A DNA stretch of 64,000 nucleotides from Escherichia coli (GCF_003018115.1 NZ_CP027457.1); one strand, 5' to 3'. Shown: positions 47,332 through 59,327, counted from the stretch's first letter. Made by a program: numbers and translations. The notes: generated by a model from the sequence alone, not told the origin.

Positions 47332-49131
47332 ATGACGACACAGGTCCCACCTTCCGCGTTGCTTCCGCTGAACCCGGAGCAACTGGCACGCCTTCAGGCG
47401 GCCACGACCGATTTAACTCCCACCCAGCTTGCCTGGGTTTCTGGCTATTTCTGGGGCGTGCTCAATCAGCAGCCTGCTGCGCTTGCAGCGACGCCAGCGC
47501 CAGCCGCAGAAATGCCGGGTATAACTATTATCTCTGCTTCGCAAACCGGCAATGCGCGCCGGGTTGCTGAAGCATTACGCGATGATTTATTGACGGCAAA
47601 ACTGAACGTTAAGCTGGTGAACGCGGGCGACTATAAATTCAAACAAATCGCCAGCGAAAAACTGCTTATCGTGGTGACGTCAACGCAAGGGGAAGGGGAA
47701 CCGCCGGAAGAAGCCGTCGCGCTGCATAAGTTCCTGTTCTCCAAAAAAGCGCCAAAGCTGGAAAACACCGCGTTTGCCGTGTTTAGCCTCGGCGATAGCT
47801 CTTATGAATTTTTCTGCCAGTCCGGGAAAGATTTCGACAGCAAGCTGGCGGAACTGGGCGGTGAACGCCTGCTCGACCGTGTCGATGCCGATGTTGAATA
47901 CCAGGCTGCTGCCAGCGAGTGGCGCGCCCGCGTGGTTGATGCGCTTAAATCGCGTGCGCCTGTCGCGGCACCTTCGCAATCCGTCGCTACTGGCGCGGTA
48001 AATGAAATCCACACCAGCCCGTACAGCAAAGACGCGCCACTGGTGGCTAGCCTCTCTGTTAACCAGAAAATTACCGGGCGTAACTCTGAAAAAGACGTTC
48101 GCCATATCGAAATTGACTTAGGTGACTCGGGCCTGCGTTACCAGCCGGGTGACGCGCTGGGCGTCTGGTATCAGAACGATCCGGCACTGGTGAAAGAACT
48201 TGTCGAACTGCTGTGGCTGACAGGCGATGAACCTGTCACCGTCGAGGGCAAAACGTTGCCTCTGAACGAAGCGCTACAGTGGCACTTCGAACTGACCGTC
48301 AACACCGCCAACATTGTTGAGAATTACGCCACGCTTACCCGCAGTGAAACACTGCTGCCGCTGGTGGGCGATAAAGCGAAGTTACAGCATTACGCCGCGA
48401 CGACGCCGATTGTTGACATGGTGCGTTTCTCCCCGGCACAGCTTGATGCCGAAGCGCTAATTAATCTGCTGCGCCCGCTGACGCCGCGTCTGTATTCCAT
48501 CGCCTCCTCGCAGGCGGAAGTCGAGAACGAAGTACACGTCACCGTTGGTGTGGTGCGTTACGACGTGGAAGGCCGCGCCCGTGCCGGTGGTGCCTCCAGC
48601 TTCCTCGCGGACCGCGTGGAAGAAGAGGGCGAACTCCGCGTATTTATCGAACATAACGATAACTTCCGCCTGCCCGCTAACCCGGAAACCCCGGTGATTA
48701 TGATTGGCCCAGGCACCGGTATCGCGCCGTTCCGCGCCTTTATGCAGCAACGTGCTGCCGATGAAGCACCGGGTAAAAACTGGCTGTTCTTTGGCAACCC
48801 GCATTTTACGGAAGATTTCCTCTACCAGGTGGAGTGGCAGCGCTACGTCAAAGAGGGCGTGCTGACACGTATCGATCTCGCCTGGTCGCGCGATCAAAAA
48901 GAAAAAGTTTACGTACAAGACAAACTACGCGAACAGGGCGCGGAGCTGTGGCGCTGGATCAATGACGGTGCCCACATTTATGTCTGCGGCGACGCTAATC
49001 ACATGGCGAAAGACGTTGAGCAGGCACTTCTGGAAGTGATTGCCGAATTTGGTGGCATGGACACCGAAGCGGCGGATGAATTTTTAAGTGAGCTGCGCGT
49101 AGAGCGCCGTTATCAGCGAGATGTCTACTAA
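47332..49131 (+). CDS. cysJ: sulfite reductase [NADPH] flavoprotein alpha subunit
   Basis: 599-aa ORF. Confidence 0.93.
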   Translation: MTTQVPPSALLPLNPEQLARLQAATTDLTPTQLAWVSGYFWGVLNQQPAALAATPAPAAEMPGITIISASQTGNARRVAEALRDDLLTAKLNVKLVNAGDYKFKQIASEKLLIVVTSTQGEGEPPEEAVALHKFLFSKKAPKLENTAFAVFSLGDSSYEFFCQSGKDFDSKLAELGGERLLDRVDADVEYQAAASEWRARVVDALKSRAPVAAPSQSVATGAVNEIHTSPYSKDAPLVASLSVNQKITGRNSEKDVRHIEIDLGDSGLRYQPGDALGVWYQNDPALVKELVELLWLTGDEPVTVEGKTLPLNEALQWHFELTVNTANIVENYATLTRSETLLPLVGDKAKLQHYAATTPIVDMVRFSPAQLDAEALINLLRPLTPRLYSIASSQAEVENEVHVTVGVVRYDVEGRARAGGASSFLADRVEEEGELRVFIEHNDNFRLPANPETPVIMIGPGTGIAPFRAFMQQRAADEAPGKNWLFFGNPHFTEDFLYQVEWQRYVKEGVLTRIDLAWSRDQKEKVYVQDKLREQGAELWRWINDGAHIYVCGDANHMAKDVEQALLEVIAEFGGMDTEAADEFLSELRVERRYQRDVY

Positions 49132-50843
49132 TGAGCGAAAAACATCCAGGGCCTTTAGTGGTCGAAGGAAAACTGACAGACGCCGAGCGCATGAAGCTTG
49201 AAAGCAACTACCTGCGCGGCACCATTGCGGAAGATTTAAACGACGGTCTGACCGGCGGCTTTAAGGGCGACAACTTCCTGCTGATCCGCTTCCACGGCAT
49301 GTATCAGCAGGATGACCGCGACATCCGCGCCGAACGTGCTGAACAGAAGCTGGAGCCGCGCCATGCGATGCTGTTGCGCTGTCGTCTGCCGGGTGGGGTG
49401 ATTACCACTAAACAGTGGCAGGCGATCGACAAATTTGCCGGTGAAAACACCATCTATGGCAGCATTCGCCTGACCAACCGCCAGACGTTTCAGTTCCACG
49501 GCATTCTGAAAAAGAACGTCAAACCGGTGCACCAGATGCTGCACTCGGTCGGTCTTGATGCGCTGGCGACAGCTAACGACATGAACCGTAACGTACTCTG
49601 CACCTCGAACCCTTACGAGTCGCAGCTGCACGCAGAAGCGTACGAGTGGGCGAAGAAAATCTCTGAACATCTGCTGCCTCGTACCCGCGCGTATGCGGAG
49701 ATCTGGCTCGATCAGGAAAAAGTCGCCACCACTGATGAAGAACCGATCCTCGGCCAGACTTACCTGCCGCGTAAATTCAAAACCACGGTAGTGATCCCGC
49801 CACAGAACGATATCGATCTGCACGCCAACGACATGAACTTCGTGGCGATCGCCGAAAACGGCAACCTGGTGGGCTTTAACCTGCTGGTGGGCGGTGGGCT
49901 TTCCATCGAACACGGCAACAAGAAAACCTACGCCCGCACCGCGAGTGAGTTTGGCTATCTGCCGCTGGAGCATACGCTGGCAGTGGCGGAAGCAGTCGTG
50001 ACAACTCAGCGTGACTGGGGTAACCGAACCGATCGTAAAAATGCCAAAACCAAATACACGCTGGAGCGCGTGGGGGTTGAGACGTTTAAAGCGGAAGTGG
50101 AGCGTCGCGCGGGGATCAAGTTCGAGCCGATTCGCCCGTATGAGTTTACCGGACGCGGAGATCGTATTGGCTGGGTTAAGGGCATTGATGATAACTGGCA
50201 CCTGACGCTGTTTATCGAAAATGGTCGCATCCTTGATTATCCGGGGCGTCCGCTGAAAACCGGCCTGCTGGAGATCGCGAAGATCCACAAAGGTGATTTC
50301 CGCATTACGGCGAACCAGAATCTGATCATCGCCGGTGTGCCGGAAAGCGAGAAAGCGAAGATCGAGAAGATCGCCAAAGAGAGCGGGTTAATGAATGCCG
50401 TCACGCCGCAGCGTGAAAACTCAATGGCCTGCGTCTCGTTCCCGACTTGCCCGCTGGCGATGGCGGAAGCGGAGCGTTTCCTGCCGTCTTTTATCGACAA
50501 CATCGATAATTTAATGGCGAAACATGGTGTCAGCGATGAGCATATCGTGATGCGTGTAACAGGCTGCCCGAACGGTTGTGGTCGCGCGATGCTGGCGGAA
50601 GTGGGCCTGGTGGGTAAAGCGCCGGGTCGCTACAACCTGCATCTTGGCGGCAACCGTATTGGGACACGTATCCCACGGATGTATAAAGAAAACATCACCG
50701 AGCCGGAAATCCTGGCGTCGCTTGATGAACTGATAGGGCGCTGGGCGAAAGAGCGCGAAGCGGGTGAAGGCTTCGGCGACTTTACGGTGCGTGCGGGCAT
50801 CATTCGCCCGGTGCTCGATCCGGCGCGCGATTTGTGGGATTAA
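49131..50843 (+). CDS. cysI: sulfite reductase [NADPH] hemoprotein beta subunit
   Basis: 570-aa [25 protein letters not shown]... Confidence 0.93.
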   Translation: MSEKHPGPLVVEGKLTDAERMKLESNYLRGTIAEDLNDGLTGGFKGDNFLLIRFHGMYQQDDRDIRAERAEQKLEPRHAMLLRCRLPGGVITTKQWQAIDKFAGENTIYGSIRLTNRQTFQFHGILKKNVKPVHQMLHSVGLDALATANDMNRNVLCTSNPYESQLHAEAYEWAKKISEHLLPRTRAYAEIWLDQEKVATTDEEPILGQTYLPRKFKTTVVIPPQNDIDLHANDMNFVAIAENGNLVGFNLLVGGGLSIEHGNKKTYARTASEFGYLPLEHTLAVAEAVVTTQRDWGNRTDRKNAKTKYTLERVGVETFKAEVERRAGIKFEPIRPYEFTGRGDRIGWVKGIDDNWHLTLFIENGRILDYPGRPLKTGLLEIAKIHKGDFRITANQNLIIAGVPESEKAKIEKIAKESGLMNAVTPQRENSMACVSFPTCPLAMAEAERFLPSFIDNIDNLMAKHGVSDEHIVMRVTGCPNGCGRAMLAEVGLVGKAPGRYNLHLGGNRIGTRIPRMYKENITEPEILASLDELIGRWAKEREAGEGFGDFTVRAGIIRPVLDPARDLWD

Positions 50844-50857
50844 CCATCAGCCCGGTC

Positions 50858-50896
50858 TTGTAGGCCTGATAAGACACGTGAGCGTCGCATCAGGCA
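50858..50896. repeat. REP element between cysI and cysH
   Basis: TTGTAGGCCTGATAAGACACGTGAGCGTCGCATCAGGCA read directly. Confidence 0.6.
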
Positions 50897-50916
50897 AGGC
50901 AAACAGTGAGGAATCT

Positions 50917-51651
50917 ATGTCCAAACTCGATCTAAACGCCCTGAACGAACTGCCGAAGGTAGATCGCATTCTGGCGCTGGCGGAAACTAACGCCCAACTG
51001 GAAAAACTGGACGCTGAAGGCCGCGTAGCCTGGGCGCTGGATAATCTGCCCGGTGAATATGTGCTTTCTTCCAGCTTCGGCATTCAGGCGGCGGTGAGCC
51101 TGCATCTGGTGAATCAGATTCGCCCGGATATTCCAGTGATCCTCACCGATACCGGTTACTTGTTCCCGGAAACCTACCGCTTTATTGACGAGTTAACGGA
51201 CAAACTCAAGCTCAACCTGAAAGTGTACCGTGCTACCGAAAGCGCAGCCTGGCAGGAAGCACGCTACGGAAAACTGTGGGAGCAGGGCGTTGAAGGCATT
51301 GAAAAGTACAATGACATCAACAAAGTCGAACCGATGAACCGGGCGCTGAAAGAACTTAACGCGCAAACGTGGTTTGCTGGCCTGCGCCGCGAACAATCCG
51401 GCAGCCGCGCCAATTTACCGGTGCTGGCAATTCAGCGTGGCGTATTTAAAATGCTGCCGATTATCGACTGGGATAACCGAACGATATATCAGTATCTGCA
51501 AAAGCATGGCCTGAAATATCACCCATTATGGGACGAAGGATATTTATCGGTGGGCGATACCCATACAACCCGTAAATGGGAACCCGGCATGGCGGAAGAA
51601 GAAACGCGTTTCTTTGGCTTAAAAAGGGAATGTGGGTTACACGAAGGGTAA
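50917..51651 (+). CDS. cysH: phosphoadenosine phosphosulfate (PAPS) reductase
   Basis: ORF from [23 protein letters not shown]...; upstream extension in ORF track rejected. Confidence 0.92.
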   Translation: MSKLDLNALNELPKVDRILALAETNAQLEKLDAEGRVAWALDNLPGEYVLSSSFGIQAAVSLHLVNQIRPDIPVILTDTGYLFPETYRFIDELTDKLKLNLKVYRATESAAWQEARYGKLWEQGVEGIEKYNDINKVEPMNRALKELNAQTWFAGLRREQSGSRANLPVLAIQRGVFKMLPIIDWDNRTIYQYLQKHGLKYHPLWDEGYLSVGDTHTTRKWEPGMAEEETRFFGLKRECGLHEG

Positions 51652-51915
51652 ATATTGCCGGATAAATTAAACGCCTCTGTCAGAAATGATGGGGGCGTTT
51701 TTATTTTGCGAGCAGCATTCCTGATTTTAAACGTGAACGCCGCTGGAAGAATTATCAGGTATAGAATGGCGTCGGGTGCTTGAGGCTGTCTGGCGTTAAG
51801 CATTCGCGAGGTTCCAGATGGACAAAAGCCCCAGGCGATATTTCTATCAACCTGAGGCTTACGTTCGAACCCAAACAATTCGAATGTTAGTCTCTTCTTT
51901 GCAGGGAGGCAAGAC

Positions 51916-52068
51916 ATGCTGACAAAATATGCCCTTGTGGCAATCATCGTACTGTGTTGTACAGTACTGGGATTCACGCTGATGGTAGGTGACTCGTTGT
52001 GTGAGTTGAGTATCAGAGAACGTGGTATGGAGTTTAAGGCAGTTCTCGCTTACGAATCGAAGAAGTAG
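51916..52068 (+). CDS. Hok/Gef-family type I toxin (50 aa)
   Basis: [50 protein letters not shown]: one TM helix plus conserved SLCEL...AYES signature; RBS GGGAGG at 51904-51909; a 34-codon upstream ORF (51818-51922) ends overlapping the start codon. Confidence 0.75.
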   Translation: MLTKYALVAIIVLCCTVLGFTLMVGDSLCELSIRERGMEFKAVLAYESKK

Positions 52069-52261
52069 CCACCACGCGGGGGTAAAACCCCGCGTACTGA
52101 ATTGTGATGGTTTGGTCTCCTGCACCCTTTTTTAAAATTTATATTTTTTATGTGAATATATAGTCTCTATTTATTATTATGAATTTCAAATGAAAATCAT
52201 TAATTTATTCATAATGTAAATGTTTTATTGGCTGATATATATCACAGATAATTTTTAAAAT

Positions 52262-54358
52262 ATGCGTAAATATCCTTTAAGTTTACTGAAGGATAAAAAT
52301 ATTGTGACTTTTTTTGATTTCTGGGGAAAAACCCGACGCGGCGAGAAAGACGGGGGCGACGACTATCACCTTCTTTGCTGGCATTCGCTGGATGTAGCCG
52401 CGATGGGCTATTTAATGGTTAAAAGAAATTGCTTCGGGCTGGCTGATTATTTTCGTCAATTAGGGATTTCTGACAAGGAACAGGCGGCTCAATTTTTCGC
52501 CTGGTTGCTGTGCTGGCACGATATTGGAAAATTTGCCCGCTCTTTTCAACAACTTTACCTGCCCCCTGAACTCAAGATTCAGGAAAGTGCCAGAAAAAAT
52601 TACGAAAAAATCTCTCATTCAACGCTGGGCTACTGGTTGTGGAATCATTATTTAAGTGAATGTCAGGAGTTACTTCCTTCATCTTCGCTCTCTCCGCGCA
52701 AACTTAGGCGAGTGATAGAAATGTGGATGCCCGTGACGACAGGGCATCATGGTCGGCCCCCTGATCGTATGGATGAATTGGATAATTTTCTGCCTGAAGA
52801 CAAAGCTGCAGCACGAGATTTTCTCCTTGAAATCAAACCACTGTTTCCGCTCATAGAGATCCCCGCATTCTGGGATGATGATGAGGGCATTGAACTTATA
52901 AAACACCTTTCCTGGTATATCTCTGCAACCGTCGTGCTCGCAGACTGGACGGGTTCGTCAACGCGATTTTTTCCACGCGTCGCACACCCAATGGATATTA
53001 AAGGTTACTGGCAGAAAACTTTAATTCAGGCTCAAAACGCCTTAACCGTCTTTCCTCTAAAAGCAAAAGTCGCGCCTTTCAACGGAATTAATACGCTGTT
53101 TCCTTTTATTGAGAATCCGACACCGTTACAGCAAAAGGTGCTGGATCTGGATATCAGCCAGCAAGGACCGCAGTTATTTATTCTGGAAGATGTGACTGGC
53201 GCAGGTAAAACAGAAGCGGCGCTTATCCTGGCGCACAGGTTGATAGCTGCGGGGAAAGCTCAGGGGCTGTTTTTTGGTCTGCCAACAATGGCAACGGCCA
53301 ATGCCATGTACGATCGGCTGGTCAAAACCTGGCTTGCTTTCTATTCGCCAGAATCCCGCCCCAGCCTGGTGCTGGCACATAGTGCCCGCACATTAATGGA
53401 CCGCTTTAATGAATCACTCTGGTCTGGTGATTTAGTCGGGTCAGAAGAACCGGATGAACAAACGTTCAGTCAGGGATGTGCGGCCTGGTTTGCCGACAGT
53501 AACAAGAAGGCGTTGCTGGCTGAAATTGGCGTCGGCACGCTGGATCAGGCGATAATGGCGGTGATGCCGTTCAAACATAATAATCTGCGGCTTCTGGGGC
53601 TGAGTAACAAAATCCTGCTGGCTGATGAGATCCACGCCTGTGACGCTTACATGTCGTGCATTCTTGAAGGGTTGATCGAGCGGCAGGCGCGTGGCGGAAA
53701 CAGCGTTATTTTGCTTTCTGCCACGTTATCTCAACAGCAGCGCGACAAACTCGTCGCTGCCTTTGCGCGGGGTACAGAGGGCCAGCAAGAAGCTCCGTTC
53801 CTGGAAAAGGATGATTACCCCTGGCTGACGCATGTCACGAAATCCGATGTGAACTCACACCGGGTAGCGACGCGCAAAGACGTTGAGCGTAGCGTCAGCG
53901 TGGGTTGGCTTCATAGTGAACAAGAGTGTATTGCGCGTATCGAATCGGCGGTAAGTCAGGGGAAATGCATCGCCTGGATCCGGAATTCTGTCGATGACGC
54001 TATTAAGGTTCATCGTCAGCTGCTTGCCCGCGGCGTCATTCCTGCTTCCAGCCTTTCACTTTTTCATAGCCGCTTTGCTTTTAGCGATCGCCAGCGAATT
54101 GAAACGGAAACGCTGGCACGCTTTGGTAAATATTGTAGTTTACAGAGAGCGTCGCAAGTCATTGTTTGTACACAAGTAATTGAGCAAAGCGTGGATATTG
54201 ACCTGGACGAAATGATCTCCGACCTGGCCCCTGTTGATTTGCTGATTCAGCGAGCAGGACGATTACAGCGGCATATCCGCGATATTAATGGTCAGTTAAA
54301 GCGTGACGTGTTCCCCGCGCCAGCGGGGATAAACCGGGTACACGGATATTCTGTCTAA
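52262..54358 (+). pseudogene. cas3: cas3 (type I-E), truncated at its 3' end: about 682 codons of Cas3 fused in frame to a CRISPR repeat at 54307/54308
   Basis: HD motifs (HSLDVAAM, WHDIGKF), Walker A (TGAGKTEAA), DEIH box (LADEIHACD), motif VI (QRAGRLQRH); the final 17 ORF codons (VFPAPAGINRVHGYSV) translate repeat and spacer. Confidence 0.85.
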
Positions 54359-54702
54359 AAGTTAACTAGTGTTCCCCGCGCCAGCGGGGATAAACCGACT
54401 GATAACGCCGGAGCCTTCTTTTTCAGCAAGTGTTCCCCGCGCCAGCGGGGATAAACCGAGGTTGACGTTGATTTTGTTCGTTATGTTGCCGTGTTCCCCG
54501 CGCCAGCGGGGATAAACCGACCTCGACAATGACACGGGCGCGAAAACAATCGTGTTCCCCGCGCCAGCGGGGATAAACCGTCGGTGGCTGGATTGAAAAA
54601 GAAGATAATCTGGTGTTCCCCGCGTCAGCGGGGATAAACCGGGCGCACTGGATGCGATGATGGATATCACTTAGAATTCCCCGCCCCTGCGGTAGAACTC
54701 CC
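54308..54702 (+). CRISPR. type I-E CRISPR array, 7 repeats and 6 spacers, repeat GTGTTCCCCGCGCCAGCGGGGATAAACCG; no leader
   Basis: Repeats start at 54308, 54369, 54430, 54491, 54552, 54613 (GCGTCAG variant) and 54674 (degenerate terminal repeat); spacers 32 nt. Confidence 0.96.
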
Positions 54703-54722
54703 AGCTCCCATTTTCAAACCCA

Positions 54723-55760
54723 TCAAGACGCCTTCGCCAGCTCCTTCACCAGCGGTAGCATTATCCGCATAACATCACGGCAGCGACGTTCTATTCTTCC
54801 AGGAAGTGCCTTATCAATATGTTGTTGATTATCCAGTCTTACGTCATGCCAGCTATTTCCCGCCGGGAAGGCAGGTGTTTTTGCGCGTTGCTGATAACCA
54901 TCCTTATTCCCAAGATTCCAGTTAGTCGCTTCCACCGAAAGTACAGCAATGCCCGCTTTGTCGAATATTTCTGCGTCATTACAACACCCAGTGCCTTTCG
55001 GATAATTTTTATTCAAACCCGGATTGGTCGTTGCGGCTATTCCGTGACTGCGCGCAATTGCCAGCGCCCTGTCGCGCGTTAATTTCCTTACTGCTTCAGG
55101 GGTTTTTACACCGCTGTTGAAATACAATTTATCGCCAACAATTAAGTTATCGAGATTAATCACCAGCAGCGTATTTTTCTTTTCGGTGTCACTCATCCGC
55201 TTGAGTAAATTCTCAGCGCCTAATTTCCCTTCCTCTTCGCCGCTGGTCGCCACAAATCGAATACCATACTCGGTAGGCGTATTTTTCAGGCGTTCTGCCA
55301 ATTCCAGCATGACACCTAAACCTGCGGCGTTATCATCCATTCCTTGTAACGTCAGCCCGCCGAGATTGGCATCGGCGTCAGCATCGCTCAGCGGGGCGTA
55401 AGTATCCAGATGCGCCATAATGATGATCTGCTGCGGCGCTTTGCCTTCATGAGCGGCAATCACCGTACTTCCTGTCACGTTATGCCAGTTCTTGCGATTA
55501 TCGCGGGCGGTATAAATATACCGACTATTAAATGTCCGAATATCACTGCGATAACCCATTTGCTGAAACTGTTGGCGAATATAATCGGCAGATAACATTT
55601 CTGCAGGAGTTCCGGTCATGCGTCCCGGAAAGAAAGTAGCAATATGTCGTGCCTGAGTATTAGCAAAATCGCCAGGTTTAGGTGACGAGGCGTGTACGGG
55701 GAGAATAAAGCATACGCCGAGCGCCAGGGCAGCGGTACGGTGGCGCAATGCGGAAAACAT
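54723..55760 (-). CDS. iap: alkaline phosphatase isozyme conversion aminopeptidase
   Basis: 345-aa ORF MFSALRHRTAALALGVCFILPVHA... Confidence 0.88.
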   Translation of the reverse strand: MFSALRHRTAALALGVCFILPVHASSPKPGDFANTQARHIATFFPGRMTGTPAEMLSADYIRQQFQQMGYRSDIRTFNSRYIYTARDNRKNWHNVTGSTVIAAHEGKAPQQIIIMAHLDTYAPLSDADADANLGGLTLQGMDDNAAGLGVMLELAERLKNTPTEYGIRFVATSGEEEGKLGAENLLKRMSDTEKKNTLLVINLDNLIVGDKLYFNSGVKTPEAVRKLTRDRALAIARSHGIAATTNPGLNKNYPKGTGCCNDAEIFDKAGIAVLSVEATNWNLGNKDGYQQRAKTPAFPAGNSWHDVRLDNQQHIDKALPGRIERRCRDVMRIMLPLVKELAKAS

Positions 55761-56011
55761 AGTGAGTCCTTAAATACCATGCAAATTTTTTTACCGCCAT
55801 AGTATGAAACTGCCGCTGCGCTAAAACAATTTCAAATATTCCTAAACGCCCGAAATCCGGTGCCTTAAGCACTTTTTGATATTAGCTTTGCCAAATCGTT
55901 ATTCCGTTAAGGAACTACTCATTCTAATTGGTAATTTCATTCGTTCTCTTACGCTCCCTATAGTCGAAACATCTGATGGCAAGAAAATAGCGGTATTGCA
56001 AAGGAACGGTT

Positions 56012-56920
56012 ATGGATCAAATACGACTTACTCACCTGCGGCAACTGGAGGCGGAAAGCATCCACATTATTCGCGAGGTGGCGGCAGAATTCTCAAATCC
56101 GGTGATGCTCTACTCTATCGGTAAAGATTCCAGCGTCATGCTGCATCTGGCGCGCAAGGCGTTTTATCCAGGTACGCTGCCTTTCCCGTTGCTGCATGTC
56201 GATACCGGCTGGAAATTCCGCGAGATGTATGAGTTCCGCGATCGTACGGCGAAAGCCTACGGCTGCGAGCTGCTGGTGCATAAAAATCCGGAAGGCGTGG
56301 CGATGGGGATTAATCCATTCGTGCACGGCAGCGCGAAACATACCGATATTATGAAAACTGAAGGCCTGAAGCAGGCGCTGAATAAATACGGTTTTGATGC
56401 CGCCTTCGGTGGTGCGCGCCGCGACGAAGAGAAATCCCGTGCTAAAGAGCGTATCTACTCTTTCCGTGATCGCTTCCATCGCTGGGACCCGAAAAATCAG
56501 CGCCCGGAGCTGTGGCACAACTATAACGGGCAGATTAACAAAGGCGAAAGCATCCGCGTTTTCCCGCTCTCTAACTGGACCGAGCAGGATATCTGGCAAT
56601 ACATCTGGCTGGAAAATATCGACATTGTGCCGTTGTATCTCGCTGCGGAACGTCCGGTTCTGGAACGCGACGGTATGTTGATGATGATTGATGACAACCG
56701 TATCGACCTGCAACCGGGCGAAGTGATTAAAAAACGGATGGTGCGTTTCCGTACGCTGGGCTGCTGGCCGCTGACCGGTGCGGTGGAGTCAAATGCACAA
56801 ACACTGCCGGAGATCATCGAAGAGATGCTGGTTTCTACCACCAGTGAACGTCAGGGCCGCGTGATTGACCGCGACCAGGCGGGGTCTATGGAGCTGAAAA
56901 AACGTCAGGGGTATTTTTAA
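56012..56920 (+). CDS. cysD: sulfate adenylyltransferase subunit 2
   Basis: 302-aa [30 protein letters not shown]... Confidence 0.93.
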   Translation: MDQIRLTHLRQLEAESIHIIREVAAEFSNPVMLYSIGKDSSVMLHLARKAFYPGTLPFPLLHVDTGWKFREMYEFRDRTAKAYGCELLVHKNPEGVAMGINPFVHGSAKHTDIMKTEGLKQALNKYGFDAAFGGARRDEEKSRAKERIYSFRDRFHRWDPKNQRPELWHNYNGQINKGESIRVFPLSNWTEQDIWQYIWLENIDIVPLYLAAERPVLERDGMLMMIDDNRIDLQPGEVIKKRMVRFRTLGCWPLTGAVESNAQTLPEIIEEMLVSTTSERQGRVIDRDQAGSMELKKRQGYF

Positions 56921-56921
56921 G

Positions 56922-58349
56922 ATGAACACCGCACTTGCACAACAAATCGCCAATGAAGGCGGCGTCGAAGCCTGGATGATTGCGCAACAACATAAAAGCC
57001 TGCTGCGTTTTCTGACCTGTGGTAGCGTCGATGACGGCAAAAGTACCCTGATTGGTCGCCTGCTGCACGATACCCGCCAAATCTACGAAGATCAGCTCTC
57101 ATCGCTGCATAACGACAGTAAGCGTCACGGCACCCAGGGCGAAAAACTGGATCTGGCTCTGCTGGTGGACGGCCTGCAAGCTGAGCGCGAACAGGGCATC
57201 ACTATTGATGTGGCCTACCGCTATTTCTCTACCGAGAAGCGTAAATTTATTATCGCCGACACCCCCGGGCACGAGCAGTATACCCGCAATATGGCGACCG
57301 GCGCCTCAACGTGTGAGCTGGCGATCTTACTGATCGATGCCCGTAAAGGCGTGCTCGATCAAACCCGTCGTCACAGTTTTATCTCCACGCTGCTGGGGAT
57401 CAAACATCTGGTCGTAGCGATCAACAAAATGGATCTGGTGGATTACAGTGAAGAGACGTTCACACGTATTCGTGAAGATTATCTGACTTTTGCCGGGCAA
57501 CTGCCGGGGAATCTGGATATCCGCTTTGTGCCGCTCTCCGCACTGGAAGGTGACAACGTGGCTTCACAAAGTGAAAGTATGCCGTGGTACAGCGGTCCTA
57601 CACTGCTCGAAGTGCTGGAAACCGTGGAGATCCAGCGAGTGGTGGATGCTCAGCCAATGCGCTTCCCGGTGCAGTACGTTAACCGCCCGAATCTCGATTT
57701 TCGTGGCTACGCCGGAACGCTGGCATCCGGTCGCGTGGAAGTCGGGCAACGTGTCAAAGTGCTGCCCTCTGGTGTGGAATCAAACGTCGCGCGGATCGTG
57801 ACTTTTGATGGTGATCGCGAAGAAGCCTTTGCCGGAGAAGCGATCACCCTGGTGCTGACGGATGAGATCGACATCAGCCGTGGCGATCTGCTGCTGGCGG
57901 CAGACGAAGCGTTACCGGCGGTGCAGAGCGCGTCGGTGGATGTGGTATGGATGGCGGAACAGCCGCTTTCTCCAGGGCAGAGTTACGACATCAAAATTGC
58001 CGGTAAGAAGACGCGCGCGCGTGTTGATGGCATTCGCTATCAGGTTGATATTAATAACCTTACCCAGCGTGAAGTTGAAAACCTGCCACTGAATGGGATC
58101 GGCCTCGTGGATCTCACTTTTGACGAGCCGCTGGTGTTAGATCGTTATCAACAAAATCCGGTGACGGGTGGGCTGATTTTTATCGATCGCCTGAGCAATG
58201 TGACCGTGGGTGCCGGTATGGTGCACGAGCCAGTTAGCCAGGCAACTGCTGCGCCATCTGAATTCAGTGCATTCGAACTGGAATTGAATGCTCTGGTTCG
58301 TCGCCACTTTCCGCACTGGGGCGCGCGCGATTTGCTGGGGGATAAATAA
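56922..58349 (+). CDS. cysN: sulfate adenylyltransferase subunit 1 (GTPase)
   Basis: 475-aa ORF with GTP-binding motifs ([18 protein letters not shown]). Confidence 0.93.
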
Positions 58350-58954
58350 TGGCGCTGCATGACGAAAACGTCGTCTGGCATAGCCATCCGGTCACTGTGC
58401 AACAACGCGAGCTACACCACGGTCATCGTGGTGTAGTGCTGTGGTTTACCGGCCTCTCCGGGTCCGGTAAATCAACGGTCGCCGGGGCGCTGGAGGAGGC
58501 GTTACATAAACTCGGCGTCAGTACGTATCTGCTGGATGGCGATAATGTTCGCCACGGATTATGCAGCGATCTCGGTTTTAGCGATGCCGATCGTAAAGAG
58601 AATATCCGTCGCGTCGGTGAAGTGGCGAATTTGATGGTTGAAGCCGGACTGGTAGTGCTGACCGCATTTATCTCGCCACACCGCGCCGAACGCCAGATGG
58701 TTCGCGAACGCGTAGGAGAAGGGCGCTTTATCGAAGTGTTTGTCGATACGCCGCTGGCGATTTGCGAAGCCCGCGATCCAAAAGGCTTATATAAGAAAGC
58801 GCGTGCCGGTGAACTGCGCAACTTTACGGGAATAGATTCTGTTTACGAAGCGCCTGAATCGGCAGAAATTCATCTCAATGGTGAACAATTAGTAACAAAT
58901 TTGGTACAGCAATTATTAGATCTGTTGAGACAGAACGATATTATCAGATCCTGA
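58349..58954 (+). CDS. cysC: adenylylsulfate (APS) kinase
   Basis: 201-aa ORF with P-loop GLSGSGKST. Confidence 0.93.
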
Positions 58955-59003
58955 GACACCACCGGGTTTCCATGCCCGGTTCGTCAAAGTAACAGGATCA
59001 AAT

Positions 59004-59327
59004 ATGCGTAATAGCCATAACATTACACTAACAAATAACGACAGCCTTACTGAGGATGAAGAAACCACATGGTCACTGCCTGGTGCCGTGGTCGGTTTTA
59101 TCTCCTGGTTATTTGCGCTGGCGATGCCGATGTTGATTTATGGCTCTAACACGCTGTTCTTCTTTATCTACACCTGGCCTTTCTTTCTGGCGCTGATGCC
59201 CGTCGCGGTAGTGGTGGGGATTGCGCTGCATTCATTGATGGACGGAAAGCTACGCTACAGTATTGTTTTCACCCTGATGACAGTAGGCATTATGTTTGGC
59301 GCACTGTTTATGTGGCTACTGGGCTAA
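59004..59327 (+). CDS. ygbE: small inner-membrane protein
   Basis: 107-aa hydrophobic ORF between cysC and ftsB. Confidence 0.7.
   Translation: MRNSHNITLTNNDSLTEDEETTWSLPGAVVGFISWLFALAMPMLIYGSNTLFFFIYTWPFFLALMPVAVVVGIALHSLMDGKLRYSIVFTLMTVGIMFGALFMWLLG

Noticed and set aside
50764-50916. Upstream extension of cysH to 295 aa
   Set aside because: The extension runs through the cysI-cysH REP element and the cysI 3' end; the start at MSKLDLNAL gives the expected 244-aa PAPS reductase.
54362-54670. 102-aa minus-strand ORF containing FIPAGAGNT / VYPRWRGEH motifs
   Set aside because: Same artefact: it spans the iap-side CRISPR array.
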